From positions 192,001-256,000 of the forward strand of contig CAWIYV010000007.1 of NCBI GenBank assembly GCA_963840455.1: DNA of 64,000 nt. The letters run 5' to 3'. Shown here piece by piece: positions 1 to 9,051 of the stretch (the first letter of the stretch is position 1; every line of letters begins with the position of its first letter). The notes beneath the pieces are model-generated. The model was not told the origin of the DNA, made no database searches, and saw only the letters and a list, made by a program, of their open reading frames with translations. Made by a program: the position numbers and the translations under genes. Origin of the DNA: Nitrospirota bacterium. Lineage in GTDB: Bacteria; Nitrospirota; UBA9217.

Positions 1-189
1 GAAAAAGATCTTCTGGAGCTGGCTCAGCGCCGGCTTGGACCAGTGCAAGTACTGGGACCCAACCCCATGGGCAGTGTCACAAGGTTACAGGAAGATGAAG
101 GAAAGAAAGTGAAACCACGCCCTGTACGAGCTGTTCCACGCGTAAAGGCCGGGCGCAGACAGAGCGCGCTCAGAAAAAAGGGGAAGTAA
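1..189 (+). CDS. 3' end of a CDS, probably MvhD/FlpD-like hydrogenase iron-sulfur subunit (partial)
   Basis: Frame 1 is open from base 1 to TAA at 187-189 (EKDLLELAQRRLGPVQVLGPNP...). LGPNP resembles the MvhD C-terminus, and the position before metV-metF matches the Moorella hdr-mvhD-metVF order. Confidence 0.4.
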   Translation, partial: EKDLLELAQRRLGPVQVLGPNPMGSVTRLQEDEGKKVKPRPVRAVPRVKAGRRQSALRKKGK

Positions 190-246
190 CAGTCCCTGTG
201 TTCTATTGTGGATTGTAATAATACGTCCCATGAAGGGGGAGAGAAC

Positions 247-918
247 ATGATTATTGCGGAATGGAAGCCCCTGCCGGAACTGGTGGATAAATTAAGAGGA
301 CATACCAATGTTCTCGTAGCGGGATGCGCTACCTGTGTGGCAGAGTGCGCGGCGGGCGGGGAGCGTGAAGTGGAGACCCTTGCGCCGCTGCTTCAGATGG
401 CGCTCAAGAAAGAAGGGCACACGATCACCGTGCGTACCAGGACGGTGGAGCGGCAGTGTGAATGGGAATTCGTGGAGGAGCTGGCCGAACTGGTCCCTCA
501 CGTGGATGCGATCGTCAGCCTTGCCTGCGGCATCGGCATTCAGGCGGTGGCCGAGCGGTTTCCCGATCTGGCGGTATATCCCGGCGTGAACACGACGGCC
601 CTGGCGATCCGGCAGGAGCCGGGAATGTGGATCGCGCGGTGCGCGGCCTGCGGCGACTGTGTTCTTGGCGAAACCTTTGGCCTGTGTCCGGTCGCCCGCT
701 GCGCAAAAAGTCTTTCAAACGGACCGTGCGGCGGCACCAGAAAAGAAGGCAAATGCGAAATCGATGAGAACCTCGACTGCGTGTGGTTCCAGATCTACGA
801 GCGGGCAAAATCCCGCGGGAAAGTGAAGCAACTCCTTAAAGTGCGGAAGCCCAAAAACTGGTCGAACTCAGGCCATGGAGGTCCCAAGCGGGTGGTACGG
901 GAGGATCTGCGGCCATGA
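247..918 (+). CDS. metV: MetV-like Cys-rich subunit of methylene-THF reductase (MTHFR C-terminal domain family)
   Basis: Motifs GCATCVAEC, RQCEWEF, ACGIG and CAACGDC...CPVARCAKSLSNGPCGG; overlaps the metF start. ATG at 247 follows a purine-rich RBS. Confidence 0.85.
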   Translation: MIIAEWKPLPELVDKLRGHTNVLVAGCATCVAECAAGGEREVETLAPLLQMALKKEGHTITVRTRTVERQCEWEFVEELAELVPHVDAIVSLACGIGIQAVAERFPDLAVYPGVNTTALAIRQEPGMWIARCAACGDCVLGETFGLCPVARCAKSLSNGPCGGTRKEGKCEIDENLDCVWFQIYERAKSRGKVKQLLKVRKPKNWSNSGHGGPKRVVREDLRP

Positions 919-1853
919 TGAAAGCAGGGACCAGACTCGAAAAAACGCTCCGCGCCGGACAGTTCGCCCTGACCGTCGAGGTGGGACCGCCGCGCGGCCC
1001 CAACCCCGAGGATATCCTTCGCAAAGCGCGGCTGCTCAAGGGCGTCGCCGACGGGTATAACGTCACCGACAATCAGACCGCGGTGGTGCGCATGTCGAGC
1101 ATTGCCGGCGCCCGGCTTCTTCTCGAGGCCGGATGCGAACCGATCATGCAGATGACGTGCCGTGACCGCAACCGCATCGCCCTGCAATCCGACCTGCTGG
1201 GTGCCTGGGCGCTCGGAATGCGCAACTGCCTCTGCATTTCAGGCGACCACCAGAAAGCGAGCGCATCAGGAAAGCTGAAAGGCGACCCCGGCGCCAAGAA
1301 CGTCTTTGACGTCGACTCGATGCAGCTGATCTCGATCATGAAGAACATGCGTGACGCAGGTGTTCTGGTGAGCGGCGACCTTCTTTCGCAGCCGACGCCT
1401 TTTTTTATCGGCGCAGCCTGGACGCCGTTTGCACCTCCTGAAGAGTTCCGTGTATTGCGGCTTGCCAAGAAGATCGAGGCGGGCGCCGACTTTATCCAGA
1501 CCCAGGCCGTCTTTGACATGAAGCGGTTCGCAAACGCTGTCGCAACGGCCGAGGAGATGGGGCTCACCGAAAAGACCGCGATTCTGGCCGGTATCATTGT
1601 TCCAAAATCCGCCAGAATGCTCGAATATATGAATGCCAACGTGCCGGGCGTGGAAGTACCGGACGCCCTCATCAAGCGGATGGCTGCCGCAAAGGACCAG
1701 CGCCAGGAAGGGTATCAGATCACTGTTGAACTGATCCAGGCCGCCCGGAAGATCCCGGGTGTGAAAGGCGTGCACCTCCAGGCCATTGAATCCGAAGAGG
1801 TTCTGCCCGAGATCATAAAATCCGCTGGACTCCTGCCCCGACCGCAGGTTTAA
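915..1853 (+). CDS. metF: Methylenetetrahydrofolate reductase
   Basis: Motifs NVTDNQTAVVRMSS, QMTCRDRNRIALQSDLLGA, ISGD and KKIEAGADFIQTQ. Confidence 0.92.
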   Translation: MMKAGTRLEKTLRAGQFALTVEVGPPRGPNPEDILRKARLLKGVADGYNVTDNQTAVVRMSSIAGARLLLEAGCEPIMQMTCRDRNRIALQSDLLGAWALGMRNCLCISGDHQKASASGKLKGDPGAKNVFDVDSMQLISIMKNMRDAGVLVSGDLLSQPTPFFIGAAWTPFAPPEEFRVLRLAKKIEAGADFIQTQAVFDMKRFANAVATAEEMGLTEKTAILAGIIVPKSARMLEYMNANVPGVEVPDALIKRMAAAKDQRQEGYQITVELIQAARKIPGVKGVHLQAIESEEVLPEIIKSAGLLPRPQV

Positions 1854-1881
1854 ACTCGCTGTTCCCGGATGGTAAGAAGAC

Positions 1882-3351
1882 ATGTCGAAGAAATATCACA
1901 TCAGGATTGATCCGGCGCCCGCCCGCTATCCGGGCGTACCCAAGTATTCCGTGCTGGAAACCGAGGGATGTCTGGGCTGTTTGAAGTGCGTTAAGCGGAC
2001 CTCGTGCGTGTACTCCGCCTATGACGAGCGGTCGTTCGATCCCAAGGCGATCGTGGACAAGACCGACACCATGTGCGTTGGCTGCATGCAATGCGTCCAG
2101 GATTGCAAAAAGAACATTCTCAGCCGGGGAAAGAACCCCCGGTTCGAAAAAATGGGCAATGCGTACTGGACGCCCTCGGTCATCGCGGGCATCTGGAAAC
2201 AGGCCGAGAATGGCAAGATACCCGTATCCGGCGCCGGTTACCGCGGTCCGTTCAGCGGTGCCGGATTCGATCAGATGTGGACAGACATGTCGGAAATCGT
2301 CCGGCCCACCCGCGACGGCATCCACGGCCGCGAATATATCAGCACGCTCATTGAACTTGGCCGGAGGCCGTCCAGACTTGTTTTCGACGCCCGGGGCGGC
2401 ATGGTGACCGAGCCTCCTCCGTTCATCGAGTTGCCGGTTCCTCTTGTATTGGAAATTCCCGATTCCGCCCACGTGTCGGCCCAAACGATAGAGGCTATCG
2501 CCCGTGCCGGCCATCGCGCCGGGACGCTGCTGATCGTCGATGCCAAAACCGCAAAGAACATCCCACCACGTCTTAAAGACCGGTTGATGGTGATCTTTGA
2601 TCCGGCGGTCGACAAGGCCGCCGTTCTCAAGGACATTCCCGCGGTCCAGATGGCCTATTCGGCATCCGTAATGAAAGATGCCGCCAAGCTCAAGCGTACC
2701 CGGCCTGACCTGGTGATTTCGGTGCGCGTGCCACTCGATGAACATGCGGTGAAACGCGCTGCCAAACTTGCCGCCGACGGGGCGGAGGTGGTCCATCTCT
2801 ATGCAGATGGAAAGGGCAGGGGGCTGAAAAAGCGCAAGGCCGACTTTGTTACCGCCCTTATGAAGGAAGTGCACTTCAAGCTGGTGGATGAAGGCGTGCG
2901 CGAAGAGCTGACGCTTCTGGTTTCCGGCGGCATTGCAATGGCCGAGCATGTCGCCAAGGCAATGCTCTGCGGAGCCGATGGTGTGGGCGTTGACACCGCG
3001 CTGTTGGTCGCTCTGGAGTGCCGCGTCTGCACGATGTGCAAATCCGAGATCGTATGCCCGGTGGAACTGGAAAAGGCGCCGGTGGAATGGGCCGAGAAGC
3101 GGATCGTGAACCTTCTTGGTTCATGGCACTCCCAGCTTATCGAAATGATGGGCGCAATGGGAATCCGCGAGGCGCGCCGCCTGCGGGGAGAGCTCGGCCG
3201 GGCGATGTTTTTTGATGACCTGGAGCGGGAAAACTTCGGGCCGCTGTTCGGAGAGCGGGTAAAGGGAGATCAGGCCGCGCCGGTATTGCCGAACGAAATA
3301 CCCGTCCCCCATCACGGGAACGGTCGTCTTCAAGACGCCGGGCGGCATTGA
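1882..3351 (+). CDS. Degenerate glutamate synthase FMN-barrel protein with N-terminal ferredoxin-like cysteines
   Basis: CLGCLKC and CVGCMQCVQDC, SGAGYRGPF, SGGI...AKAMLCGADGV, CRVCTMC..C; lacks the EIK/QGAKPG.GG segment. Confidence 0.75.
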   Translation: MSKKYHIRIDPAPARYPGVPKYSVLETEGCLGCLKCVKRTSCVYSAYDERSFDPKAIVDKTDTMCVGCMQCVQDCKKNILSRGKNPRFEKMGNAYWTPSVIAGIWKQAENGKIPVSGAGYRGPFSGAGFDQMWTDMSEIVRPTRDGIHGREYISTLIELGRRPSRLVFDARGGMVTEPPPFIELPVPLVLEIPDSAHVSAQTIEAIARAGHRAGTLLIVDAKTAKNIPPRLKDRLMVIFDPAVDKAAVLKDIPAVQMAYSASVMKDAAKLKRTRPDLVISVRVPLDEHAVKRAAKLAADGAEVVHLYADGKGRGLKKRKADFVTALMKEVHFKLVDEGVREELTLLVSGGIAMAEHVAKAMLCGADGVGVDTALLVALECRVCTMCKSEIVCPVELEKAPVEWAEKRIVNLLGSWHSQLIEMMGAMGIREARRLRGELGRAMFFDDLERENFGPLFGERVKGDQAAPVLPNEIPVPHHGNGRLQDAGRH

Positions 3352-3358
3352 TGTCACC

Positions 3359-4849
3359 GTGAAACTCGACCCTTCCCGCTACCGCAACCAGTTCGGCAAA
3401 TATAAAGTGGTGCGGACCTCCGCCTGCATCGCATGCGGCAAGTGCGCCGAGGTGTGCGCCTATGGCGTGCACGTCAAGGCGGGCAGCCGCATGCTCGCCC
3501 CCAAATCCCATCTGTGCCGGGGTCGTGAACACTGCCGCGGCAACAAACGGTTTTGCGCCGACAGCTGCCCGGTGAACGCCTTGCGGGTCGGCAAAGACCC
3601 GCTCTTCGAGACGATCGGCGATCCCCGGTGGACCGCTGACCTGTTGCTGGCGACCTGGCATCAGGCCGAGACCGGCCGTCCGCCGGAAGGCGGCCTTGAG
3701 TACCGGGTGGGAGAGTCGGGCGGCGGGTTCGATCGCATGGACTTTAAATTCCCCGAACAGCTTCCCGATCCCTCACTGAAGCCGGAGGACGTGGACCTTT
3801 CCATTCCGCTGAATCGAAGAAAGGACGGACGGCCTGAGGTCATGATCGGCTTTCCCGTATATGGCGGGGGAATGAGTTTCGGATCCGTAAGCCTCACCAC
3901 CATCCTTTCGCGGGCGCGAGCCTATGTCGCGATGAATTCTTTCACCTGCACCGGCGAAGGCGGTTATCCTGACGATCTTAAGCAATACGACGACCATGTG
4001 ATCACTCAGATCGCCACGGGGCTCTTTGGAGTGCGGGAAGAGACCATCCAGCGGGTGCGCATGGTTGAATTCAAATATGCCCAGGGCGCCAAACCGGGCC
4101 TCGGCGGTCATCTGCTGGGAGACAAGGTTACTCCCGCCGTGGCAAAGATGCGGGAAGCAGTGGTCGGCTCCGCTCTTTTTTCTCCCTTTCCGTTCCACTC
4201 GGTCTACTCGGTGGAGGATCACAAGAAACACGTCGACTGGATCAAGGCGATCAACCCCAAGGCGCTGGTGTCGGTCAAGGTTTCCACACCTTCGGACGTG
4301 GACATGGTGGCCGTGGGCAGCTTTTATGCCGGCGCCAATGTCATCCATCTTGACGGAAGCTATGGAGGCACAGGAGCCGCTCCCGATATAGCCAAAAAGA
4401 ATATCGCCATGCCGATCGAGTACGCCATACCCAAGGTGCACCGTTTCTTGGTCGCTGAGGGGATCCGCCCCGAAATGACGCTCATCGTGTCGGGCGGTCT
4501 GCGCACGGCCTGGGATGTCGCCAAGGCGATCGCCCTGGGCGCCGATGGCGTGGTGGTGGGTACAGCGGAGATGGTGGCGCTTGAATGCATCCGGTGCGCA
4601 AACTGCGAGAGCGGACGGGGGTGCCCGCGCGGCATAGCCACTACCGATCCCAAGCTGAGCGCAATGTACGATGAAACCTGGGGTTCTCAGCGGATCATGA
4701 ACCTTTTCCATTCCTGGGCCCTCCAACTCCAGGATATTCTCCATCGTTTCGGTATGAAAAGTGTTCGTGAGCTGGTGGGTCGGTCTGACCTGTTGCTTCA
4801 CCGCGACTACGAAAAACGCGCGGAATACCGCAGAGTGGAGTCAGGATAA
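3359..4849 (+). CDS. Glutamate synthase FMN-binding (synthase) subunit with 4Fe-4S domain, split GltB type
   Basis: CIACGKCAEVC, GGMSFGS, TGEGG, QIATGLFG, EFKYAQGAKPGLGGHL, SGGLRT, CIRCANC..GRGCPRGIAT. The start is uncertain (GTG with no RBS). Confidence 0.88.
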   Translation: MKLDPSRYRNQFGKYKVVRTSACIACGKCAEVCAYGVHVKAGSRMLAPKSHLCRGREHCRGNKRFCADSCPVNALRVGKDPLFETIGDPRWTADLLLATWHQAETGRPPEGGLEYRVGESGGGFDRMDFKFPEQLPDPSLKPEDVDLSIPLNRRKDGRPEVMIGFPVYGGGMSFGSVSLTTILSRARAYVAMNSFTCTGEGGYPDDLKQYDDHVITQIATGLFGVREETIQRVRMVEFKYAQGAKPGLGGHLLGDKVTPAVAKMREAVVGSALFSPFPFHSVYSVEDHKKHVDWIKAINPKALVSVKVSTPSDVDMVAVGSFYAGANVIHLDGSYGGTGAAPDIAKKNIAMPIEYAIPKVHRFLVAEGIRPEMTLIVSGGLRTAWDVAKAIALGADGVVVGTAEMVALECIRCANCESGRGCPRGIATTDPKLSAMYDETWGSQRIMNLFHSWALQLQDILHRFGMKSVRELVGRSDLLLHRDYEKRAEYRRVESG

Positions 4850-7503
4850 TGAATTCCAAATCAACCAGTAAACATAATCCATGGAACGGTACGGGCCGTG
4901 ATCCGCGGTTCCCCGAAATAATCACCGCCTCCCGCGCCGACCTCGTGTCCGGCGCTCCGAACGCCCGGGAAAAATCAGCCGAGGAGGGCGGTTGCGGCGT
5001 GGTAGGTTTCGCGGCCACCGTACCGGTACGGGGACGCCATATCTTCGAGCCTTCTATGCAGATGCATAATCGGGGCAACGGCAAAGGCGGCGGGATCGCC
5101 GCCGCGTCTCTGCAACCCGAGGACCTCGGGGTGGACGAGGCAACGCTGAAGAACGATTACATCCTTCAGATCGCGCTGATCGATCCGGCGGCAGAGCGGG
5201 AAGTGGAGGAGTTCGGCATCGCTCCCTGGCTCGAGGTGCAGCACAAGACCCGCATTCATCCGGTTGCAGACCATCGGGACGTCGGGCTGGAAGTGAAGCC
5301 GCCGGACATCGTGCGATACTTTGTGCGTGTCAAGGACAACGCGCTCACTCGATTTGCCAAGGAGCATGGGTTGGGCAAATCGGACCGCCGTCTGGTTGAG
5401 GATGAGTTCATTTTCCGCAACAGCTTTCAGATCAACCGCCGGTTCTACGCTTCCCTGGGAGACAAACGCGCCTTTGTGCTCTCCCACGCGCGCGATCTGC
5501 TCATATTCAAGATCGTGGGGTATGCCGAGCAGGTCGTGAAGTATTACGGCCTCACCGATATGCGCGCCAAGATCTGGATCGCCCATCAGCGCTATCCTAC
5601 TAAAGGCAGGGTGTGGCATCCTGCGGGCGCGCATCCGTTCATCGGAATGAATGAGGCGCTGGTCCATAACGGCGACTTTGCAAACTACTTCGGCGTGACC
5701 GAATACCTGCGGCAGCGCAACCTCGTGCCACAATTTCTGACCGACACGGAGGTCTCGGTCCTCCTGTTCGATCTGCTGACCCGCGTTTATGGGTATCCGC
5801 TGGAGTATGTCATCGAGGCGATGGCTCCCACCACCGAGATCGACTTCGACGCACTCCCCACAGGCAAGAAGAAGATCTACCGGGCCATTCAGGCCCAGCA
5901 TATGCACGGATCGCCCGACGGCCCCTGGTTCTTCATCATCGCGCGCAGCGATCCGGACCAGTGCCAATACCAGCTTCTGGGGATCACTGACACCTCCATG
6001 CTCAGACCGCAGGTGTTCGCCATCCAGGAGGGGGATGTTTCCATCGGCCTGATCGGTTCCGAGAAACAGGCCATCGACGCCACGCTGCAGTCCCTTGCCG
6101 AGGAAGATGCGCGGTTCCGCCATGTCGCCGACCGATACTGGAACGCCCGGGGTGGCAGCTACACCGACGGCGGCGCCTTCGTCTTCACGGTAAATACGTC
6201 TGGCAACAATACGACACTTGCCTGCGCTGACAAGTTCGGCAAGCCCATCAGCGCGCCTGCCGGGCAGTGGAGGATCAATCCTGACCGGAAGGTGGCGATC
6301 GCGGACAAATGGAGCGCCCGGATCACCAACGGCCTCTCCGCTGCCGCCGCTCAAGAGTTGTTCGGCGACCTTACGGCTGAGTTCCTTTCCTGGGACCTTG
6401 ATCAGATTCGTGTGGCGATCGATAAGATATACACGGCTGCTGCGGTTGATGACCGGAGCTTCGAGACCGCATTGCAGGTGCTTACGTTATTGCAGGACCG
6501 TCGCTACGATTGTGGTCCCAATAAAAGAAGCGCGATTCTCCACCTTCTTCAAAACGGGGTAAGCAGGCTTCTTGACTCGGTTCCGTCGATAACAAAACGT
6601 GACCCGGGCCGATATCAACGGGTGGACTTCTCCACACGCGATCAACTCGGTGCGCCGCAACGAGAAGAGGGGACGCTGGTGGTCTATAGCCGGGATTTCC
6701 CGCCCGAAGGAGACGATTGCGATGCTCTGCTGATGGCCCAGGCCTTTCGGCAGGGCTGGAAACGGTTCATCGTATACGGGCTAAAGGGACAGCGGTTCAC
6801 CGGGTGCAGCTTCGGGCCTGCGACCGACGGCGTCCGCATCGACGTGTATGGCAGTTCCGGCGACTATCTCGCATCCGGGATCGATGGCATGGAGGTCCAG
6901 GTCCACGGCAACGGCCAGGACCAGCTCGGTCAGATACTCAAGCGCGGTACGCTTGTGGTTCACGGCGATGTGGGACAGGCATTCATGTATGGCGCCAAGG
7001 GCGGTGAGATATTCATCATGGGTAATGCAGCAGGGCGTCCCCTCATTAATGCGGCAGGCCGTCCGCGCGTGATCATCAATGGTACCTGCCTGGATTTTCT
7101 CGCGGAATCCTTCATGGCCGGTGATCCGCACCAGGGCGGTGGGTTCGTCGTATTGAACGGCGTTGAATTCGACGACAGGGGCGTGGTCCGCGACCAGAAA
7201 GCGCCCTATCCCGGATCAAACCTTTTTTCGCTCGCTTCCGGCGGCGCGATCTTCGTACGCGATCCCCACCATACGATCGGCAGGGAAAAGCTGAACGGCG
7301 CTGAGTTCGCCGAGATGTCCGTGGAGGATTGGCAGCTCATTCAACCGTATCTTCAGGCAAATGAGCGCCACTTCGGCATTTCGATCGAACGGGATTTGCT
7401 GATGGTTGACGGCAAAACCAGTTCACCTCAATCGGTGTACCGGAAAGTGCGTCCGGTGAAAACGGCGGCGCTTGCCAAAAAGGTGGAAGAATCTGATGAA
7501 TAG
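4849..7503 (+). CDS. Glutamate synthase class II glutamine amidotransferase domain fused to GXGXG beta-helix domain
   Basis: EEGGCGVVG (Ntn Cys after a propeptide), MHNRGNG, HQRYPT, AHPF, HNGD, TDTE; C-terminal GXGXG repeats. Confidence 0.85.
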   Translation: MNSKSTSKHNPWNGTGRDPRFPEIITASRADLVSGAPNAREKSAEEGGCGVVGFAATVPVRGRHIFEPSMQMHNRGNGKGGGIAAASLQPEDLGVDEATLKNDYILQIALIDPAAEREVEEFGIAPWLEVQHKTRIHPVADHRDVGLEVKPPDIVRYFVRVKDNALTRFAKEHGLGKSDRRLVEDEFIFRNSFQINRRFYASLGDKRAFVLSHARDLLIFKIVGYAEQVVKYYGLTDMRAKIWIAHQRYPTKGRVWHPAGAHPFIGMNEALVHNGDFANYFGVTEYLRQRNLVPQFLTDTEVSVLLFDLLTRVYGYPLEYVIEAMAPTTEIDFDALPTGKKKIYRAIQAQHMHGSPDGPWFFIIARSDPDQCQYQLLGITDTSMLRPQVFAIQEGDVSIGLIGSEKQAIDATLQSLAEEDARFRHVADRYWNARGGSYTDGGAFVFTVNTSGNNTTLACADKFGKPISAPAGQWRINPDRKVAIADKWSARITNGLSAAAAQELFGDLTAEFLSWDLDQIRVAIDKIYTAAAVDDRSFETALQVLTLLQDRRYDCGPNKRSAILHLLQNGVSRLLDSVPSITKRDPGRYQRVDFSTRDQLGAPQREEGTLVVYSRDFPPEGDDCDALLMAQAFRQGWKRFIVYGLKGQRFTGCSFGPATDGVRIDVYGSSGDYLASGIDGMEVQVHGNGQDQLGQILKRGTLVVHGDVGQAFMYGAKGGEIFIMGNAAGRPLINAAGRPRVIINGTCLDFLAESFMAGDPHQGGGFVVLNGVEFDDRGVVRDQKAPYPGSNLFSLASGGAIFVRDPHHTIGREKLNGAEFAEMSVEDWQLIQPYLQANERHFGISIERDLLMVDGKTSSPQSVYRKVRPVKTAALAKKVEESDE

Positions 7504-7639
7504 GCGCGCCCCTCAGACCACAGCGCAATGTCCTGCGTTGTCATCTCTTCCTTAGATACAACATTCATTTTCTGTTTCGCCACATGCAATGACATAAGTC
7601 CATCGGACTTCCGAAAGGAACTTTTTGAGGAACAGTATC

Positions 7640-8656
7640 ATGAGCAAGACGCTTCATGCGATCCTCTCTATTCTTGACAAGCATCCGACCGTGGTCGGTT
7701 CTCGGGAGATCTCGCGGCAGTTGAAGCTGCGCGGCGTGGAGATCACCGAACGGACGGTCCGGTATTATCTGAAAATGCTTGATAAGAAAGGCTATACGGA
7801 AGTATTTGGCAAGGAAGGCCGAAAGATCACCGCCGCCGGAAGGGAAGAGCTCAAACACTCCCTCGTTTCCGACAAGATCGGATTTGTGATCAGCAAAATT
7901 GAAACGCTCTCGTACATGACCACCCTGGACATGGCGACCATGGAAGGCGATGTGATCCTGAACATCTCGTATTTTCCGCGAAAGCACCTTCGTCAGGCGC
8001 TGCGATTGCTCAAACCCGCCTTCTCGTCACCTTATGTGATGAGCGATCGGGTGATCCTTGCACCCGAGGGGGAGAAGATCGGGGATGTAGTCGTTCCCAA
8101 AGGAATGGTGGGGTTGGGCACGATCTGCAGTGTGACGATCAACGGTATATTTCTTAAGGCGGGCATTCCCGTCGCCTCGCGGTTTGGCGGGGTCGTGGAG
8201 ACCGCGAATGGCAAACCCCTGCGGTTCGTTTCCCTGATCAGCTATGACGGATCATCCCTCGATCCTCTCGAAGTGTTCATCAAGAGCAAGATGACCGCAG
8301 TCTCCAAGGCCGTGGCTGACGGCCGCGGCAGGATACTCGCCAGTTATCGGGAGATCCCCGTGGTATGTCTGGACAAGGCAAAAAAGCTCGCCCGCACCCT
8401 GGAAGATCGGGGCATACGCGGCATTCTGCTTATCGGCAGTCCGAACAAACCCCTTCTGGAAGTACCGGTCGGGATCGACCGGGCCGGCATCGTGATCGTC
8501 GGCGGACTCAATCCGGTGGCCGTCCTGGAGGAGCACGGGATCACAACGGAGAGCAAGGCCATGTCGACCCTCTTCGAATATTCCCGCTTGATGCCGTTCA
8601 AGGGCATCATGCGCTCTGCGCTCTCTCTTGCGAGGACTCTTTCCTGCGCTGCATAG
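7640..8656 (+). CDS. nrpR: NrpR-family (DUF128) nitrogen-responsive transcriptional repressor
   Basis: N-terminal winged HTH (ITERTVRYYLKMLD...GRKITAAG) plus NRD domain motifs (TICSVTINGI, ISYDGSSLDPLEVF, GGLNPVA). Confidence 0.8.
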   Translation: MSKTLHAILSILDKHPTVVGSREISRQLKLRGVEITERTVRYYLKMLDKKGYTEVFGKEGRKITAAGREELKHSLVSDKIGFVISKIETLSYMTTLDMATMEGDVILNISYFPRKHLRQALRLLKPAFSSPYVMSDRVILAPEGEKIGDVVVPKGMVGLGTICSVTINGIFLKAGIPVASRFGGVVETANGKPLRFVSLISYDGSSLDPLEVFIKSKMTAVSKAVADGRGRILASYREIPVVCLDKAKKLARTLEDRGIRGILLIGSPNKPLLEVPVGIDRAGIVIVGGLNPVAVLEEHGITTESKAMSTLFEYSRLMPFKGIMRSALSLARTLSCAA

Positions 8657-8718
8657 CCACTGCCGCCCCATAACGATCGCAACGGCAACAATTTCGACCA
8701 CTCTAGCCCAATTTTCGC

Positions 8719-8748
8719 TTGACAGTTGAGCTTAACCCGGTGTATTGT
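8719..8748 (+). promoter_or_regulatory. Putative sigma70 promoter
   Basis: TTGACA-18 nt-TATTGT upstream of the second glutamate synthase operon. Confidence 0.5.
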
Positions 8749-8784
8749 ACTCATCCGAAATCGCACGGCAATGCATTGCCGTCG

Positions 8785-8812
8785 AAAAGCCCCTTTAAAA
8801 GGGGCTTTTTTT
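8785..8812 (+). terminator. Intrinsic terminator hairpin (bidirectional appearance)
   Basis: AAAAGCCCC-tttaaaa-GGGGCTTTT continuing into a T tract. Confidence 0.75.
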
Positions 8813-9051
8813 GCAGTTGTTTGGGGACATAAACCACTGGCCCTTTGTTCGCCTGGAGAGGGTTGTTCTCGCCGGTAGTCCGGGCCCCCCCGATGAACAG
8901 AACTTGGCCATAGCTAACACACCAAATCCGATACATCCAGTCTATAATATGATGGTAGACTGGCTGGGTATCGCATGCTGATATTTGCATTTGGCTACAC
9001 ACCCGGGTGTTTTCTCCAAACATTACCGGCTGTAAGAAGAGGAGCAACAGT

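Noticed and set aside
182-195. GGAA-N6-GTCC upstream of metV as an NrpR operator
   Set aside because: One mismatch to the archaeal GGAA-N6-TTCC, overlaps the upstream stop codon, and such a short match is expected by chance; no clean copy was seen before nrpR or the second operon.
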